Positions 1-10,418 of a stretch of DNA of 64,000 nucleotides are shown here, one piece after another (position 1 is the first letter of the stretch; each line of letters begins with the position of its first letter). A program made the translations under genes and the position numbers. The notes beneath the pieces are model-generated. The model worked only from the letters and a program-made list of their open reading frames with translations, had not been told where the DNA came from and did no database searches. Source of the DNA: Desulfatiglandales bacterium (GTDB lineage: Bacteria > Desulfobacterota > DSM-4660 > Desulfatiglandales > Desulfatiglandaceae); the NCBI GenBank assembly GCA_963662465.1, contig OY759599.1, positions 4,928,001 to 4,992,000 on the forward strand. Reading direction: 5' to 3'.

Positions 1-593
1 CCAAAATCCCACGGATTGACATTGGCGTGCCCTTGTATTTCGGCCCCGTCAGCATTTACCCAAGTTTTATGTATCAGCACAGGACCGTTGACGTTATCAA
101 CGAACAATTGTCCAGATATGACAATTCCCTTGATACCTACGTTGGCTCTCTCGGCTTCAAGGCAGGTTTCGGCCCCTTCGGCATCGCAGCGGAAGGTCAG
201 TATGGCAAAAACTGGGCCAACAGCCGATGTCTGATCGGTACCTCCGCTCCGGCAGGCCTCGCGGCTGCGGTAATTGATATCTCAGGCAGTGGAAAGGTCA
301 ATGATTCAACCTCTTACGCGTACTGGATTGATGCTTCTTACAAAATTGGACCGCTTACACCGCATGTGATGTTTGGTCAGATGCACAGCGAAGTAGATGT
401 GTACCATAGTGCGGAAGCTAGAGCTACTTCAAGCTTCTGGGGATTCAGCATTCCGATCGATCTGGCCAAGGGATTCAGGGTTCGCCCCGAACTCATGTGG
501 TATGATGACGGTGAGCTTCAGGTCCAGGGACAGGATGCAGTAGATTTCGGTAAATACGCCATGTACGGTGTGCAGTTCCAGATTACCTTCTAA
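1..593 (+). CDS. Outer-membrane beta-barrel/porin-like protein, C-terminal part (5' truncated by window edge)
   Basis: Frame open from base 3 (KIPRIDIGVPLYFG...); alternating hydrophobic beta-strand pattern; ends ...YGVQFQITF with terminal Phe typical of OMPs. Confidence 0.65.
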   Translation, partial: KIPRIDIGVPLYFGPVSIYPSFMYQHRTVDVINEQLSRYDNSLDTYVGSLGFKAGFGPFGIAAEGQYGKNWANSRCLIGTSAPAGLAAAVIDISGSGKVNDSTSYAYWIDASYKIGPLTPHVMFGQMHSEVDVYHSAEARATSSFWGFSIPIDLAKGFRVRPELMWYDDGELQVQGQDAVDFGKYAMYGVQFQITF

Positions 594-650
594 GACCCTT
601 TATCTGTTTTTTATGCCCTCAGTTCACACGAGTGCATAAGTTGTTTTTCC

Positions 651-689
651 AACCCCTTTCCCATAGTTTTTGGGGAAGGGGTTTTTTTT
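651..689 (+). terminator. Rho-independent terminator after the porin-like gene
   Basis: AACCCCTTTCCCA...TGGGGAAGGGGTT hairpin followed by a T-run. Confidence 0.75.
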
Positions 690-814
690 GCGGAACGGAC
701 GCCGTATAATCCTCCCATCCGTAGGTCAGGGTGCGACACGATGTCAAATTATTTGACACTGATTACACACCGTAATAAAGCGGTGTTGCCAAAAAGCCTT
801 GACAACAAAGTTGA

Positions 815-1162
815 ATGAGATATTTGAAGGTCAAAAAAGAGCTGTTTAAAGGACTGTGGATATACAAGGCGGATTATGCAAGGGAAAAACATTCGGTAGT
901 AAGGATAGATTTCAGCAAAGAAAAGGCGGAAAACAAGGTTGATAAGGATATCTATATCTTTGAGTTTAAATTTAACGGGGATGAGAATAATGCTTTAAAT
1001 CAGATTAAAGAAAGGAAATATTTTGAGAAGTATCAAGGGACGGAGGTCAGGCATCAGAGGCGAGATAAGGGAGTGACAAAGAAATTTATCTCTTCGGTGT
1101 TTGGCTTTACCGACCGGAACGTGGGGGAATGGGTCGTTGAGAAAATGTCAGCACGAAGCTAA
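815..1162 (+). pseudogene. Internally deleted remnant of AAA-ATPase-like/PD-(D/E)XK nuclease fusion protein
   Basis: KKELFKGLWIY...VVRIDFS (ATPase part) joined directly to DIYIFEFK...ALNQIKERKYFEKY (C-terminal nuclease part); such proteins are normally several hundred aa. Confidence 0.6.
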
Positions 1163-1179
1163 GGAAAAGGGCTGCGCCA

Positions 1180-1722
1180 TCAGAGGAGGGAAAAAGAACG
1201 AAGAACTTCCGCAACCTTCGGATTTGAAGAGGCAAGCTCCCGCATTGCTTCGATGAGCGATGTTATTTGTTTTTTGTTTCCCGCAATCTTTTCTTCGACT
1301 TTTGCCACCTTGTCCTCAAAAGGGCGGATCATGGTCCTTCGGTCCCAGAGGGCAAATGAAATGGCTACCGCGACAATTCCGCCAAAAGTAGCCAAAATGC
1401 CCACAATGAGTTGAAACATATCGCTGATCCTGTTTTCCACTTGCTCGAAATGTTTATCCACCTGCTCAAAACGTTTATCCAGTTGCTCGAACCGTTTATC
1501 CAGTTGCTCGAACCGTTTATTCATATCCGATCGAAACTCCACGAACCGTTTATCGATTTGCTCAAACCGTTGGTCTACTCTCTTTTCCAATTCCTGCATT
1601 TTTATATTCAGTTGTATGAGCATTTCCCGATCCTGCTGTGAAAAACCATTTTCAGCTCGGACAACACAAGGCAGAACGAAGACAAAACTGAAAAGATAGA
1701 TCAGAAAAGCCTTCTTATTCAT
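1180..1722 (-). CDS. Membrane-anchored coiled-coil protein with DKRFEQ(L/V) heptad repeats
   Basis: N-terminal signal-like segment, repeated DKRFEQx, one TM helix, second coiled coil. Confidence 0.75.
   Translation of the reverse strand: MNKKAFLIYLFSFVFVLPCVVRAENGFSQQDREMLIQLNIKMQELEKRVDQRFEQIDKRFVEFRSDMNKRFEQLDKRFEQLDKRFEQVDKHFEQVENRISDMFQLIVGILATFGGIVAVAISFALWDRRTMIRPFEDKVAKVEEKIAGNKKQITSLIEAMRELASSNPKVAEVLRSFSLL
1441..1578. repeat. 21-bp imperfect tandem repeat (coding heptads)
   Basis: Units such as TTGCTCGAACCGTTTATCCAG repeated about 6 times. Confidence 0.8.
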
Positions 1723-1760
1723 GAAAAAGACCTCCTTATTTAAAGGGTATGATTTCGTAT

Positions 1761-3353
1761 TTATTCCAGATCATACACCACAAGCCGGCTTTTGGGGAAT
1801 CCGAGAAAATAACTCTCGCTGGTCACATTGGCCACAATCAGTTCATTTTGGCCGTCGTTATCCACATCAGCCACCTGGTACCCCACAACCGTTCCGGAAA
1901 GTTTCTGGCTGGTCCATTGGGAAACCAGGCCTGCCTCATCCCAGTCCATAAAATGAACCCGCCCGCTGCCGAACCAACGGAAATCCGTAAATATTCTGCC
2001 GGCTTTGGAATCATTTTTGCAGATAAGCACTTCTTTTTTTCCGTCTTTGTTGACATCGTAGGAAAAGATAGGGGACGCAATAAAAAGCCTTTGGGCAGTA
2101 TCGGCCATGCGGTTCATATCCGGATTCATATATTCCATATAGCAAAGACTTCCGCCAAAAAAATCGTCACTTTTCCACATCCGTTCACCTGTCGGATTGT
2201 AAACCTGCAAATGCTCCCATGGACCCAGCAAAATGGTAAAAAGAGAACCTTTTCCGGTAAGATCACTCTGAACAAAATTGAACACGTTGGCAAAGCGGGG
2301 AAGGTTGAGCGACCCTGCTGAAACAAAGTCGCTGCCCTGGCGTTTCAGGAGATCAACTCCCCCAAAATAATTCCCTTCGGCGTTTCGTCTCTGACCCAAG
2401 ACCACCTTTCCCTTGCCGGGGAGATCTACTACGCGAATCAGCCACGTCTGACCATGAATAATTTCGTTGAATTTAGCCCCGTCCCATTCAAGCACAAAGG
2501 AGCCGGCATTGGTGGCGGTAAGATTACAGACGTAGATCTCAGCCTTGCCGTTTCCATCAATATCGGCCACATTCATTGAGATGTAGTTAGGGGACCAACT
2601 GCCCTCGATAGTTTTAAAAAGATAAGGGCCTTTCTTCTGCCACTTGTAAATGAAAACGTTCGTTTTATCAATCACAACCAGTTCGTTTTTTCCGTCTCCG
2701 TCCAGATCCCCCACGTCCAGTCCTCTGATTTCAACTTTGAGACGCTGAACGAAAGAGGGCTTTTTATGGGAACCTTCCGCGTCCTTGCCAATGTTAATCA
2801 GCGCACCGGCATCACCTTCCGTGTGTGCAAATTCACCGGGTCTGTGTTCCTGAACAGGGATATCTTTTCCCATGATTTTGGCGTTGATGTTCTCCGCAAA
2901 CTGGTTGACCGTGGGAATAACGCCGTCCATTCCCTTTGACTGGTCGTAGGCCGTGACCAGAACTTCCGATTTTTTGACATCCAGGATTTTGGCATCCAGA
3001 CTCAGACTTTCCCCAAATACGGTGAGACTGCCGAAAATAACATAGTCGGCCCCCAGCGCTTTGCCCATTTGCAGCGCTTTTTTTTCATTGATCGGCCCCG
3101 GTACGGCGGCTAATTCCTTTTTGATGATCCCCTTTTCGATAATTTCCAGTTTATCTTTCCAGGCAAGTCTGGAACTCAGCATGTCCATGATACCTTCCTG
3201 AAGGAAATTAAGGTCTCGGTCGGCGTTCATGGTGAAGGGGAGAATAGCAAGCTTTTGAGGTTCCTCGCAAAAAGTGGGTGCAATATTAAACAGAACCAGC
3301 ATAGACGAAACAAAAAGGGTTAAGGTGTAAACGATAATTTTGGTTTTCATCAT
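1761..3353 (-). CDS. Exported FG-GAP/VCBS-repeat protein with N-terminal TolB/CsgG-like domain
   Basis: Signal peptide; LAILPF...GADYVIFGSL; repeated D(L/I/V)xxDGxxE motifs. Confidence 0.8.
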   Translation of the reverse strand: MMKTKIIVYTLTLFVSSMLVLFNIAPTFCEEPQKLAILPFTMNADRDLNFLQEGIMDMLSSRLAWKDKLEIIEKGIIKKELAAVPGPINEKKALQMGKALGADYVIFGSLTVFGESLSLDAKILDVKKSEVLVTAYDQSKGMDGVIPTVNQFAENINAKIMGKDIPVQEHRPGEFAHTEGDAGALINIGKDAEGSHKKPSFVQRLKVEIRGLDVGDLDGDGKNELVVIDKTNVFIYKWQKKGPYLFKTIEGSWSPNYISMNVADIDGNGKAEIYVCNLTATNAGSFVLEWDGAKFNEIIHGQTWLIRVVDLPGKGKVVLGQRRNAEGNYFGGVDLLKRQGSDFVSAGSLNLPRFANVFNFVQSDLTGKGSLFTILLGPWEHLQVYNPTGERMWKSDDFFGGSLCYMEYMNPDMNRMADTAQRLFIASPIFSYDVNKDGKKEVLICKNDSKAGRIFTDFRWFGSGRVHFMDWDEAGLVSQWTSQKLSGTVVGYQVADVDNDGQNELIVANVTSESYFLGFPKSRLVVYDLE

Positions 3354-3563
3354 CTTCCTTTCCAAATTAAGTGGTCATTGTTGATAAGGCCATTGAACCA
3401 TTGCTTTTTTATCCTGCTCCCTGACAACTGTCCCCTGCCCCCTATGATATGAACGATTACAATATTTCTTTCAATTCAGTGCAGTGAAGGATATAATAAT
3501 GATCTCGAAGCTCAAAGGCAAGGTCTTATTCAGTTTGGAAGAATCCTGTAGGAGGGAAACAAC

Positions 3564-3968
3564 ATGAGAATCAAAAACATCGATCACATCGGCATTGCCG
3601 TCAAAAGCATTGAACAGGCGGGTAAATTTTATACGGACATTCTGGGGCTTCATATCGAAGAGATTGAAACGGTGGTGGAACAGAAAGTTAATGTGGCTTT
3701 CATTCCCATTACCGACAGCGAGGTTGAATTGCTGGAATCGGTGGAACCCGATGGTCCAGTGGCAAAGTATATCGAAAGTCGGGGCGAGGGGATACAGCAT
3801 ATCGCCTTTCGCGTGGACGATATCAAAGCATGCCTTCAGGAACTCAAGGAAAAGGGCGTTCGACTCATCGATCAGGCGCCGCGCCACGGTGCCGGGGGCG
3901 CAAAAATCGCATTCATCCATCCCAAAGAAACCAACGGCGTTTTGGTGGAAATCTGTGAACGGGATTGA
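3564..3968 (+). CDS. mce: Methylmalonyl-CoA epimerase
   Basis: IDHIGIAV, ELLE, GEGIQHIAFRVDDI, IAFIHPKETNGVLVE; RBS GGAGG. Confidence 0.93.
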   Translation: MRIKNIDHIGIAVKSIEQAGKFYTDILGLHIEEIETVVEQKVNVAFIPITDSEVELLESVEPDGPVAKYIESRGEGIQHIAFRVDDIKACLQELKEKGVRLIDQAPRHGAGGAKIAFIHPKETNGVLVEICERD

Positions 3969-3986
3969 TGCCGGCAGGGGTGTCGC

Positions 3987-4202
3987 CTAAAAGCGGTAGG
4001 TAATCAAACCATGGGTGGTATCATAAGGAGATACACTGACCTGAATACGGTCGCCGACCATCACCTTGATCCGGTGCTTTTTCATTCTACCTGAAAGAAC
4101 GCCTCTTACCGTGATGTCATTTTTACAATGAATTTCCATGGAACCACCGCCAAGAACCTTGGCAACGACGCCTTCCAGCTGAATCAAATCATTTCGACTC
4201 AA
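3987..4202 (-). CDS. infA: Translation initiation factor IF-1 (TTG start)
   Basis: LSGRMKKHRIKVMVGDRIQVSVSPYDTTHGLITYR; AAGGAG RBS 4 nt before TTG at 4202. Confidence 0.92.
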   Translation of the reverse strand: MSRNDLIQLEGVVAKVLGGGSMEIHCKNDITVRGVLSGRMKKHRIKVMVGDRIQVSVSPYDTTHGLITYRF

Positions 4203-4347
4203 AATGCTCCTTTCCCGGCAGTAACGCCTGAGTTGGATATTATGCGCGTGCCAGGTCCCTTTAAGAGAATGCTCGCACGGCTTGACAAAACATCTAACCA
4301 TATCATTTTGTGGGCGGATGTCAATAAAAATTGCTGAAGGAAGATAT

Positions 4348-4953
4348 ATGGACGACGGGATTATAAATGGCGTATCAGGGGTTATCCTTGCGGGGGGAAA
4401 GAGCCGTCGTTATGGGAAAAACAAAGCCCTGGTTGATATTGACGGCATTCCCCTGATTCAAAGGGTGTTGGGGGTTATGAAAAGCCTGTTTCCCTCTGTT
4501 ATTCTCATCACCAATACCCCTGAAACCTATGCCTTCCTTGATATTCCCATGTATGAGGATAAGATTAAAGGATTAGGTCCTCTGGGGGGTATTTTTACGG
4601 CTTTAGGCGTTATTCCTGAAAATGCGGGATTTTTTGTGGCTTGCGATATGCCCTTTCTCAACCGCGATTTGATTCGATATCTGGTGGCGGTTCGACAGGA
4701 TTTTGATGTGGTGGTGCCTAACCTGTCAGGAATGTTTGAATCACTTCATGCGCTCTATACCATAAAATGCCTGCCGGAAATTGAAAAATTGATCCATGCC
4801 GGCATGTACCAGACCATTCAGTTATTCCAAAAGGTTTCCGTTCGCTATGTGGATGGCAGTGAGATTCGAAAGTTTGACCCCGAACTCAGATCCTTTTCCA
4901 ATATCAACAGGCCGGAAGAATTAGTAAAAATAAGGACCCATTTTCTTAAATAA
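4348..4953 (+). CDS. mobA: Molybdenum cofactor guanylyltransferase
   Basis: GVILAGGKSRRYGKNKA, GPLGGI, VACDMPF, FSNINRPEE. Confidence 0.9.
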   Translation: MDDGIINGVSGVILAGGKSRRYGKNKALVDIDGIPLIQRVLGVMKSLFPSVILITNTPETYAFLDIPMYEDKIKGLGPLGGIFTALGVIPENAGFFVACDMPFLNRDLIRYLVAVRQDFDVVVPNLSGMFESLHALYTIKCLPEIEKLIHAGMYQTIQLFQKVSVRYVDGSEIRKFDPELRSFSNINRPEELVKIRTHFLK

Positions 4954-4966
4954 TTGAGGAGAACCC

Positions 4967-5998
4967 GTGTTACAATTGATCCTTGCCGTTGGTTTTGCCA
5001 TTTTGATATCCGCCGTATGCTCTCTTTTTGAGGCCGTCCTTTACTCCGTTCCCTTGCGCCAGGTAGAGGCCATGATCCAAGGGAAAAAGTTCGGGGGCAG
5101 AACCTTTAAGCGCCTTCGCCGAAACATAGAGCGGCCCATCGCCGCCATTTTATCCCTCAATACCATTGCCAATACAGCGGGGGCGGCCTTTGCCGGCGCC
5201 GCGGCCACGGCGGTTTTCGGTCAGGAATGGTTGGGGTATTTTTCAGCTGCGTTTACCCTGGCCATTTTGATTCTTTCGGAAATTCTTCCCAAAACAGCAG
5301 GGGTTGTGTATGCCAGGTCCCTGGTGGGACCGGTGGCCTATGCCCTCAAAGGACTGGTATGGATCATGGCGCCGGTCATATGGCTGAGTGGCCGCATCAC
5401 ACGCCTGATCGGTCGGGGAAACAAAAATGAGACTGTAACGGCTGAAGAAATTCAGGTAATGGCCCGGTTGAGTCGACAGAGCGGCGGTATCAAGATCTTT
5501 CAGGAACAGGCCATTGAACGGGTGCTGACCTTGCAGGAAAAAGCGGCCAAGGATGTCATGACCCCGAGGACCGTCATCTTTTCCCTGAACCGGCATCTTA
5601 AAATATCGGATGCCGTCAAGGCGGCCGGCAAGTGGGAACACAGCCGCATCCCCTTGTTTAACAAAAGTCCGGAGGATGTGGTGGGGATTGTTCACACTCG
5701 GGATATCCTGATCTCCCTTGCTAAGGGACACACGGAGGACCCGCTGGAAAATCTCATGCGTCCCATCCATTTTGTGGCTGAAACCGCCAGGCTGAATATG
5801 GTTTTGGGGGAGTTCCTCGATCTGAAACAACATCTTTTTGCGGTCATTGACGAGTATGGAGGACTGGCCGGATTGATCTCTCTTGAAGATATTCTCGAAG
5901 AAATTCTGGGCCGGGAAATCGTGGACGAGTCGGACCAGGTAGCGGACAAACAGGAACTGGCGCGAAAACGCCGATCAACGAGCTTCGTATCTAACTGA
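4967..5998 (+). CDS. CNNM/DUF21 + CBS-domain membrane protein (hemolysin-family/Mg transporter-like)
   Basis: EILPKT, VMTPR, HSRIP, VIDEYGGLAGLISLEDILEEILGREIVDE. Confidence 0.9.
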   Translation: MLQLILAVGFAILISAVCSLFEAVLYSVPLRQVEAMIQGKKFGGRTFKRLRRNIERPIAAILSLNTIANTAGAAFAGAAATAVFGQEWLGYFSAAFTLAILILSEILPKTAGVVYARSLVGPVAYALKGLVWIMAPVIWLSGRITRLIGRGNKNETVTAEEIQVMARLSRQSGGIKIFQEQAIERVLTLQEKAAKDVMTPRTVIFSLNRHLKISDAVKAAGKWEHSRIPLFNKSPEDVVGIVHTRDILISLAKGHTEDPLENLMRPIHFVAETARLNMVLGEFLDLKQHLFAVIDEYGGLAGLISLEDILEEILGREIVDESDQVADKQELARKRRSTSFVSN

Positions 5999-7814
5999 TG
6001 GTGAGTTTCATTTCTCGAACATCCACTTCAGCGCCGAGACTTTCCAGCAAGCGCTTAATTTCTTTCTTTTTATCTGAACTCCCCTCCCTGAAGGAAATAA
6101 TGATTTCCTTGACGGGACATCCTTTAAGAATTTTCTCCAGATCTTTGAACCCTCCCAGCACCGGATAACCGCGGATTCTTTTTCGAACCATATCTTGATT
6201 ATCATCCATGAACCCTTTGATGGTCATGCAAAGGGTCTTGTTGGTTTCAATTTCTCTAAGGAGCATCTGCCCCCCGATTCCGGCCCCGTAAACAAGGACA
6301 GGTTTGCCCTTTCGATTCCCTTGTCGGACACCCTCTTCCAGCAAACGAAAAGAAAGCCGGGTAAGGCTTATAAGCAGCAACATGAGACCCCAGTAAATCA
6401 CAAAAACGGCCCGTGAGAAGCTGTAGAATCGATATAGGAACAAAAGGAGCAAAATCGGCGCAATGGTCCCGGCGGTAATGGCTTTTCCATAGGAAATCAG
6501 GTCCCGGATGCTGGTGTCTTCCCATATGCCGCGGTAAACGCCGAAAAGAAAAAAGAACAGGATCTGGCAGGCAATGACCATTGGGAGTGATTTGAGGAAA
6601 AAACCAAAATTCGGACCGGGAATTCCCTCGAAACGGAGAAGATAGGCCGTATAATAGGCAACGGTAATCAGAACCACGTCGAGAAGTACCTCAAGAAGCC
6701 TTCTTCGGTAGGTAATTTCAATGAGCAACGGCGTCATCTTGCCGGAGTGTTCGGAGACAATGGATTTTTCCGAGTAAACTTTAACCTTTGCCAGATAAAT
6801 CCAGAAGAAAAGGATGAACAGCAAATACATAACGATCAAAACCACGCCGGCGCCAATGTTCAGATGGTTTATGGCAAGGGCCAGCAAACCGGAGGCCACG
6901 GAAAAGGCATAGAGTACCAGGACCGCTTTTCTCTCAGAAAAACCGATGGCAACCAGGCGGTGGGAAGAATGATCGCGTCCTCCTTGAGAAATGGGCCGGC
7001 GAAAAAGTTTGCGCATCAAGCTTACGAACCCCGTATCCAGTATGGGAATAAAGAGGATCAGTACCGGTATTACAATCACCGAGAGCAGATGAAAAAAGCC
7101 CGCTTCTCCACTTGATGTTGAGGCATTCCCGGTCATGGTCAGGCAGGCCAGAACAAAACCGATGAAAAGACTGCCCGCATCTCCCATGAAAATGGAGGCG
7201 GGGTTAAAATTGTACACCAGAAAACCGAGGATAGCTCCCAGATAGGTGCAAAGAATCAAAAGGCCGGGGCCGGCAAGGTGGTCCGGGGCCGGATTCAGAT
7301 AGTGATAAAGGAAAAGAAAAGACCCCGCAATAAAGGCTGTGCCGCATGAGAGTCCGTCCATGTTGTCCAAAAGATTGAAGGCATTGGTGATGCCCACAAT
7401 CCATAGCATGGACAAACATAAGTCGAGGGTTTTGGAATCGCTCCAACCCAAACGAAAACCGAAGAACAAAAAGATCGCCGTAATGATGACCTGACCAGCC
7501 AACTTGTGTTGGGGGTCCATGTTGAAAATATCATCGATAAGTCCCAGTGCAAAGATGCCCGAAGCGCAAAGCATCATGGGTAGATAAAGCTGACCGGAAG
7601 TCGTCCAACCCGCGTAAAGTGCCCCTGAAATCCATGTTATCAGCATGGCTGAAAAAATGCCGACACCGCCCAGAAGGGCTGTTTCCTTTCTGTGCCATCG
7701 GTTGTCCCTGGGTACTGCGACCTGTCCTGACTTCAAGGCCAGTTTTTTGACCAACGGCGTGAATATGAGCGCAAACGCAAAACTTATGCCAAAAAAAGAT
7801 AGATAAAGCGACAT
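5991..7814 (-). CDS. MraY/WecA-family polyprenyl-phosphate sugar-1-P transferase fused to a C-terminal Rossmann (CoA-binding-like) domain
   Basis: LGLIDD, NAFNLLDNMDGL, NFNPASIFMGDAGS, DHSSHRL; C-terminal VLVYGAGIGG. Confidence 0.85.
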   Translation of the reverse strand: MSLYLSFFGISFAFALIFTPLVKKLALKSGQVAVPRDNRWHRKETALLGGVGIFSAMLITWISGALYAGWTTSGQLYLPMMLCASGIFALGLIDDIFNMDPQHKLAGQVIITAIFLFFGFRLGWSDSKTLDLCLSMLWIVGITNAFNLLDNMDGLSCGTAFIAGSFLFLYHYLNPAPDHLAGPGLLILCTYLGAILGFLVYNFNPASIFMGDAGSLFIGFVLACLTMTGNASTSSGEAGFFHLLSVIVIPVLILFIPILDTGFVSLMRKLFRRPISQGGRDHSSHRLVAIGFSERKAVLVLYAFSVASGLLALAINHLNIGAGVVLIVMYLLFILFFWIYLAKVKVYSEKSIVSEHSGKMTPLLIEITYRRRLLEVLLDVVLITVAYYTAYLLRFEGIPGPNFGFFLKSLPMVIACQILFFFLFGVYRGIWEDTSIRDLISYGKAITAGTIAPILLLLFLYRFYSFSRAVFVIYWGLMLLLISLTRLSFRLLEEGVRQGNRKGKPVLVYGAGIGGQMLLREIETNKTLCMTIKGFMDDNQDMVRKRIRGYPVLGGFKDLEKILKGCPVKEIIISFREGSSDKKKEIKRLLESLGAEVDVREMKLTIS

Positions 7815-7832
7815 GGTTCATCCTTTTGGATA

Positions 7833-8984
7833 TTACAATCCGGTCTTCTTCCGTAAAAATGAAAGCCGGGGCAGAAGATGGATCGGACGTTCATCCGAGG
7901 CGCGACGCAGAAGATAAATAACGGCAAAAATGAGAAAAATATCCGGAATCCATACACCGATCATCGGAGAAAGAACCCCTGTTGAACAGACGCTTCGAAT
8001 GATCATCAAAAATAGGTAAAACACGGCAAACACCATGAGACTGACCCCGATTCCGGCGGAACGTCCGCGACCCCGTATTTGGGCCCCAAGGGGAACGCCG
8101 ATGATTCCCATCAGCAATACGGCCAAAGGAATGGAAACTTTCTCCAAAAGTTCCCGCATAATCCGGTTATATACCGCTTCGGTTTCAGGCGTTTCTTTCA
8201 ATTGGGCGATCAATTGCCCGGGGGAGAGTTCATGAGGCGCTTTTCTTCTGGATGCCAGGTCGGCCAGAACATCTTTGAGGCCGATATTCAACGCATAGGT
8301 GTTGAATTTGATGGTTCGGGAAGCGCTCAGATTTTTTTCCACCAGAAAAATGGTGCCCCGCAAAAAGAGCAACGTGATGGTTCTTTCGGCCGGTCTCATG
8401 ATAACCTGCGCTTCGTCCGAAACAATGGTGTTGGTCATTTCCCGGTCTCGCCGGTCCACCACAAAAACGTCTTTCAATAGCCGCTTTTCCCGGGAAAAAC
8501 TGTTGACATAGAAAACCAGATTTCCAAAAGGCTCACAGAATACCCGTTCCTTGATTCCGAGATCCGCTTTGGTCTCCGCGATTTTAAACAATAGGTCTTT
8601 GAACGACCGGTTTCCCCAGGGAGCGGCAACCGTGCTGATAGCCAGACACGCAAAAAAACCCGCCAGGGAAAAGATGATCACCGGCGGCAACATCTGGTAG
8701 AGACTGATGCCGGAAGATTTCATGGCGATGATCTCGCTGTCCGCGGAAAGGCGCAGAAAGGCTACAACCACGCTCATAAGAGTAACCGCCGGAAGAGCAA
8801 AAGTCAGGATATCGGGAAGCAGAAAAAGCACCATCCCAGCTACCTGTGATGCACGAACGCCCCTTGTTACGATCAATTCAGTGATGGAAAGCATTCGAGC
8901 CGCCATCATGATGAAGATAAAAACAAAGAGGCTCGCCAAAAAGGTGGGCCATATTTCCCTGAGAATATATCTGTATAGCGTCAT
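7833..8984 (-). CDS. lptF: LPS export ABC transporter permease LptF (LptF/LptG family)
   Basis: MTLYRYILREI..., RLSADSEIIAMKSSGISL, periplasmic domain, C-terminal TMs. Confidence 0.8.
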   Translation of the reverse strand: MTLYRYILREIWPTFLASLFVFIFIMMAARMLSITELIVTRGVRASQVAGMVLFLLPDILTFALPAVTLMSVVVAFLRLSADSEIIAMKSSGISLYQMLPPVIIFSLAGFFACLAISTVAAPWGNRSFKDLLFKIAETKADLGIKERVFCEPFGNLVFYVNSFSREKRLLKDVFVVDRRDREMTNTIVSDEAQVIMRPAERTITLLFLRGTIFLVEKNLSASRTIKFNTYALNIGLKDVLADLASRRKAPHELSPGQLIAQLKETPETEAVYNRIMRELLEKVSIPLAVLLMGIIGVPLGAQIRGRGRSAGIGVSLMVFAVFYLFLMIIRSVCSTGVLSPMIGVWIPDIFLIFAVIYLLRRASDERPIHLLPRLSFLRKKTGL

Positions 8985-8986
8985 TT

Positions 8987-9020
8987 GGATTTCGGATTTC
9001 GGATTTCGGAATGCGGATTT
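8987..9020. repeat. Heptamer tandem repeat (GGATTTC)n
   Basis: GGATTTC x3, GGAATGC, GGATTT immediately upstream of lptF start. Confidence 0.85.
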
Positions 9021-9085
9021 GTACCACGGCATTAAGGAATAACTCAAGCTGATTGAAGTGTTCTATCGCCGGAAAGATTAACCGC

Positions 9086-9775
9086 CTATTTAAAAATCCC
9101 ATATTTAACAATGGTGTAAACAGCTTTGAACCCATCCTTCCAGCCGATTTTTTTCCCCTCGTCGTAGCTCCTGCCGTAATAGGAAATGCCAACCTCATAG
9201 ATGCGGCATTTTTTTCGGGCTATTTTAGCGGTCAACTCGGGTTCTATCCCGAAGCGGTTCTGCTCAAGGGTGATGTCTTTGATGATTTCGGTCCTGAATG
9301 CCTTGTAGCAGGTTTCCATGTCGGTCAAATTCAAATTTGTGAACATATTTGAAAAAAGCGTGAGCATTCTGTTCCCCACATAATGCCAGAACAAATGGAC
9401 CCTGTGGGGACCGGCGCCCATGAATCGGGAGCCGTAAACCACATCGGCCTTTCCGTCCATAATGGGCTCCAGCAGTTTGGGATACTCCATAGGGTCATAT
9501 TCCAGATCGGCATCCTGAATCACCACCACCTCGCCGGTGACATAAGCAAGCCCCGATCTGATGGCGGCGCCCTTGCCCATATTCCGGGTATGATAAATGG
9601 TTTTGGCAACCGTTTTTTCCAGGGTTTCCCGGATAAGTTCCGCTGTGCCGTCGCTGGAACCGTCATCCACCAAAACAATTTCCTTGTCCTCGATCGGCGC
9701 TTCCATGACCCGTTGAAGCAGCGTGAGAATATGTGTTTTTTCATTATAGCAGGGAATGATAATGGATAGTTTCAT
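9086..9775 (-). CDS. Glycosyltransferase family 2 (DPM1-like)
   Basis: LSIIIPCYNE, VDDGSSDGT, NMGKGAA, QDADLEYDP, LTDMETCYK. Confidence 0.92.
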   Translation of the reverse strand: MKLSIIIPCYNEKTHILTLLQRVMEAPIEDKEIVLVDDGSSDGTAELIRETLEKTVAKTIYHTRNMGKGAAIRSGLAYVTGEVVVIQDADLEYDPMEYPKLLEPIMDGKADVVYGSRFMGAGPHRVHLFWHYVGNRMLTLFSNMFTNLNLTDMETCYKAFRTEIIKDITLEQNRFGIEPELTAKIARKKCRIYEVGISYYGRSYDEGKKIGWKDGFKAVYTIVKYGIFK

Positions 9776-9827
9776 AACAGGTTTTCTCCGAGTGTTCGTT
9801 TCAATTTAGAATCCTAAGCGTATTTGT

Positions 9828-10418
9828 TCAGTTTCCCCTGATTTGGACCCATCCCCAATGGCCAAGTCCCACAACCGATACCATTACCAGGACCGGATCT
9901 ACCAGATAATCCCAGAGGTTGCCCGATTCCAACAGATGAAGATCATAGGCCAGAATGGTGGCCAGAAGGAGCAGTGCGAATCGGTTTTGCAACATCAGCA
10001 ACAGCAAGGTTATGATGAAGAAGCCAATAAACAGCCAGGAGAAATGCCAGCCGGCGCCATAAGGATCAAATGGACCGAGCCCCAAGGCCATTGGGTAAAG
10101 GGCTATTCCGGCCAACAGGGAAACTCCCTGGCATGTTCTGACCGCCGTTTTGTTTAAAAGATAATATTGAAATGCATTTTTCAGGACCCAGGTCAAAAGA
10201 AGGGCTGTTAGTGGAATGCTGGGATTGGCGTAAAGACTGATCAACCAGCGCCCAACAGGCAACCCCCCGACGGGGAGGATAACGATCAGCGCCGCCGCTG
10301 AAGCAATCATCAGCGTCGGGACCCACCCCCGGTGCGGCTTTCCCCATAACAGCAGTCCCCCCTGGCAGAGGGCCATGATGAGAAGAAAGGGGAACATAAA
10401 AGAGAATATCGTTATCAT
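9828..10418 (-). CDS. Hypothetical integral membrane protein
   Basis: Multiple TM segments, FDPY..GW and ESGNLWDYLVDP motifs; overlaps upstream gene stop. Confidence 0.7.
   Translation of the reverse strand: MITIFSFMFPFLLIMALCQGGLLLWGKPHRGWVPTLMIASAAALIVILPVGGLPVGRWLISLYANPSIPLTALLLTWVLKNAFQYYLLNKTAVRTCQGVSLLAGIALYPMALGLGPFDPYGAGWHFSWLFIGFFIITLLLLMLQNRFALLLLATILAYDLHLLESGNLWDYLVDPVLVMVSVVGLGHWGWVQIRGN

Noticed and set aside
702..745. CCGTATAATC and GTGCGACACGA resemble the attI/intron-1 junction at 55308-55341
   Set aside because: Matches are only about 10 bp with different spacing and no further intron structure; treated as chance.
1441..1578. 21-bp repeats as CRISPR or VNTR element
   Set aside because: No spacers; fully explained by coiled-coil heptad coding.
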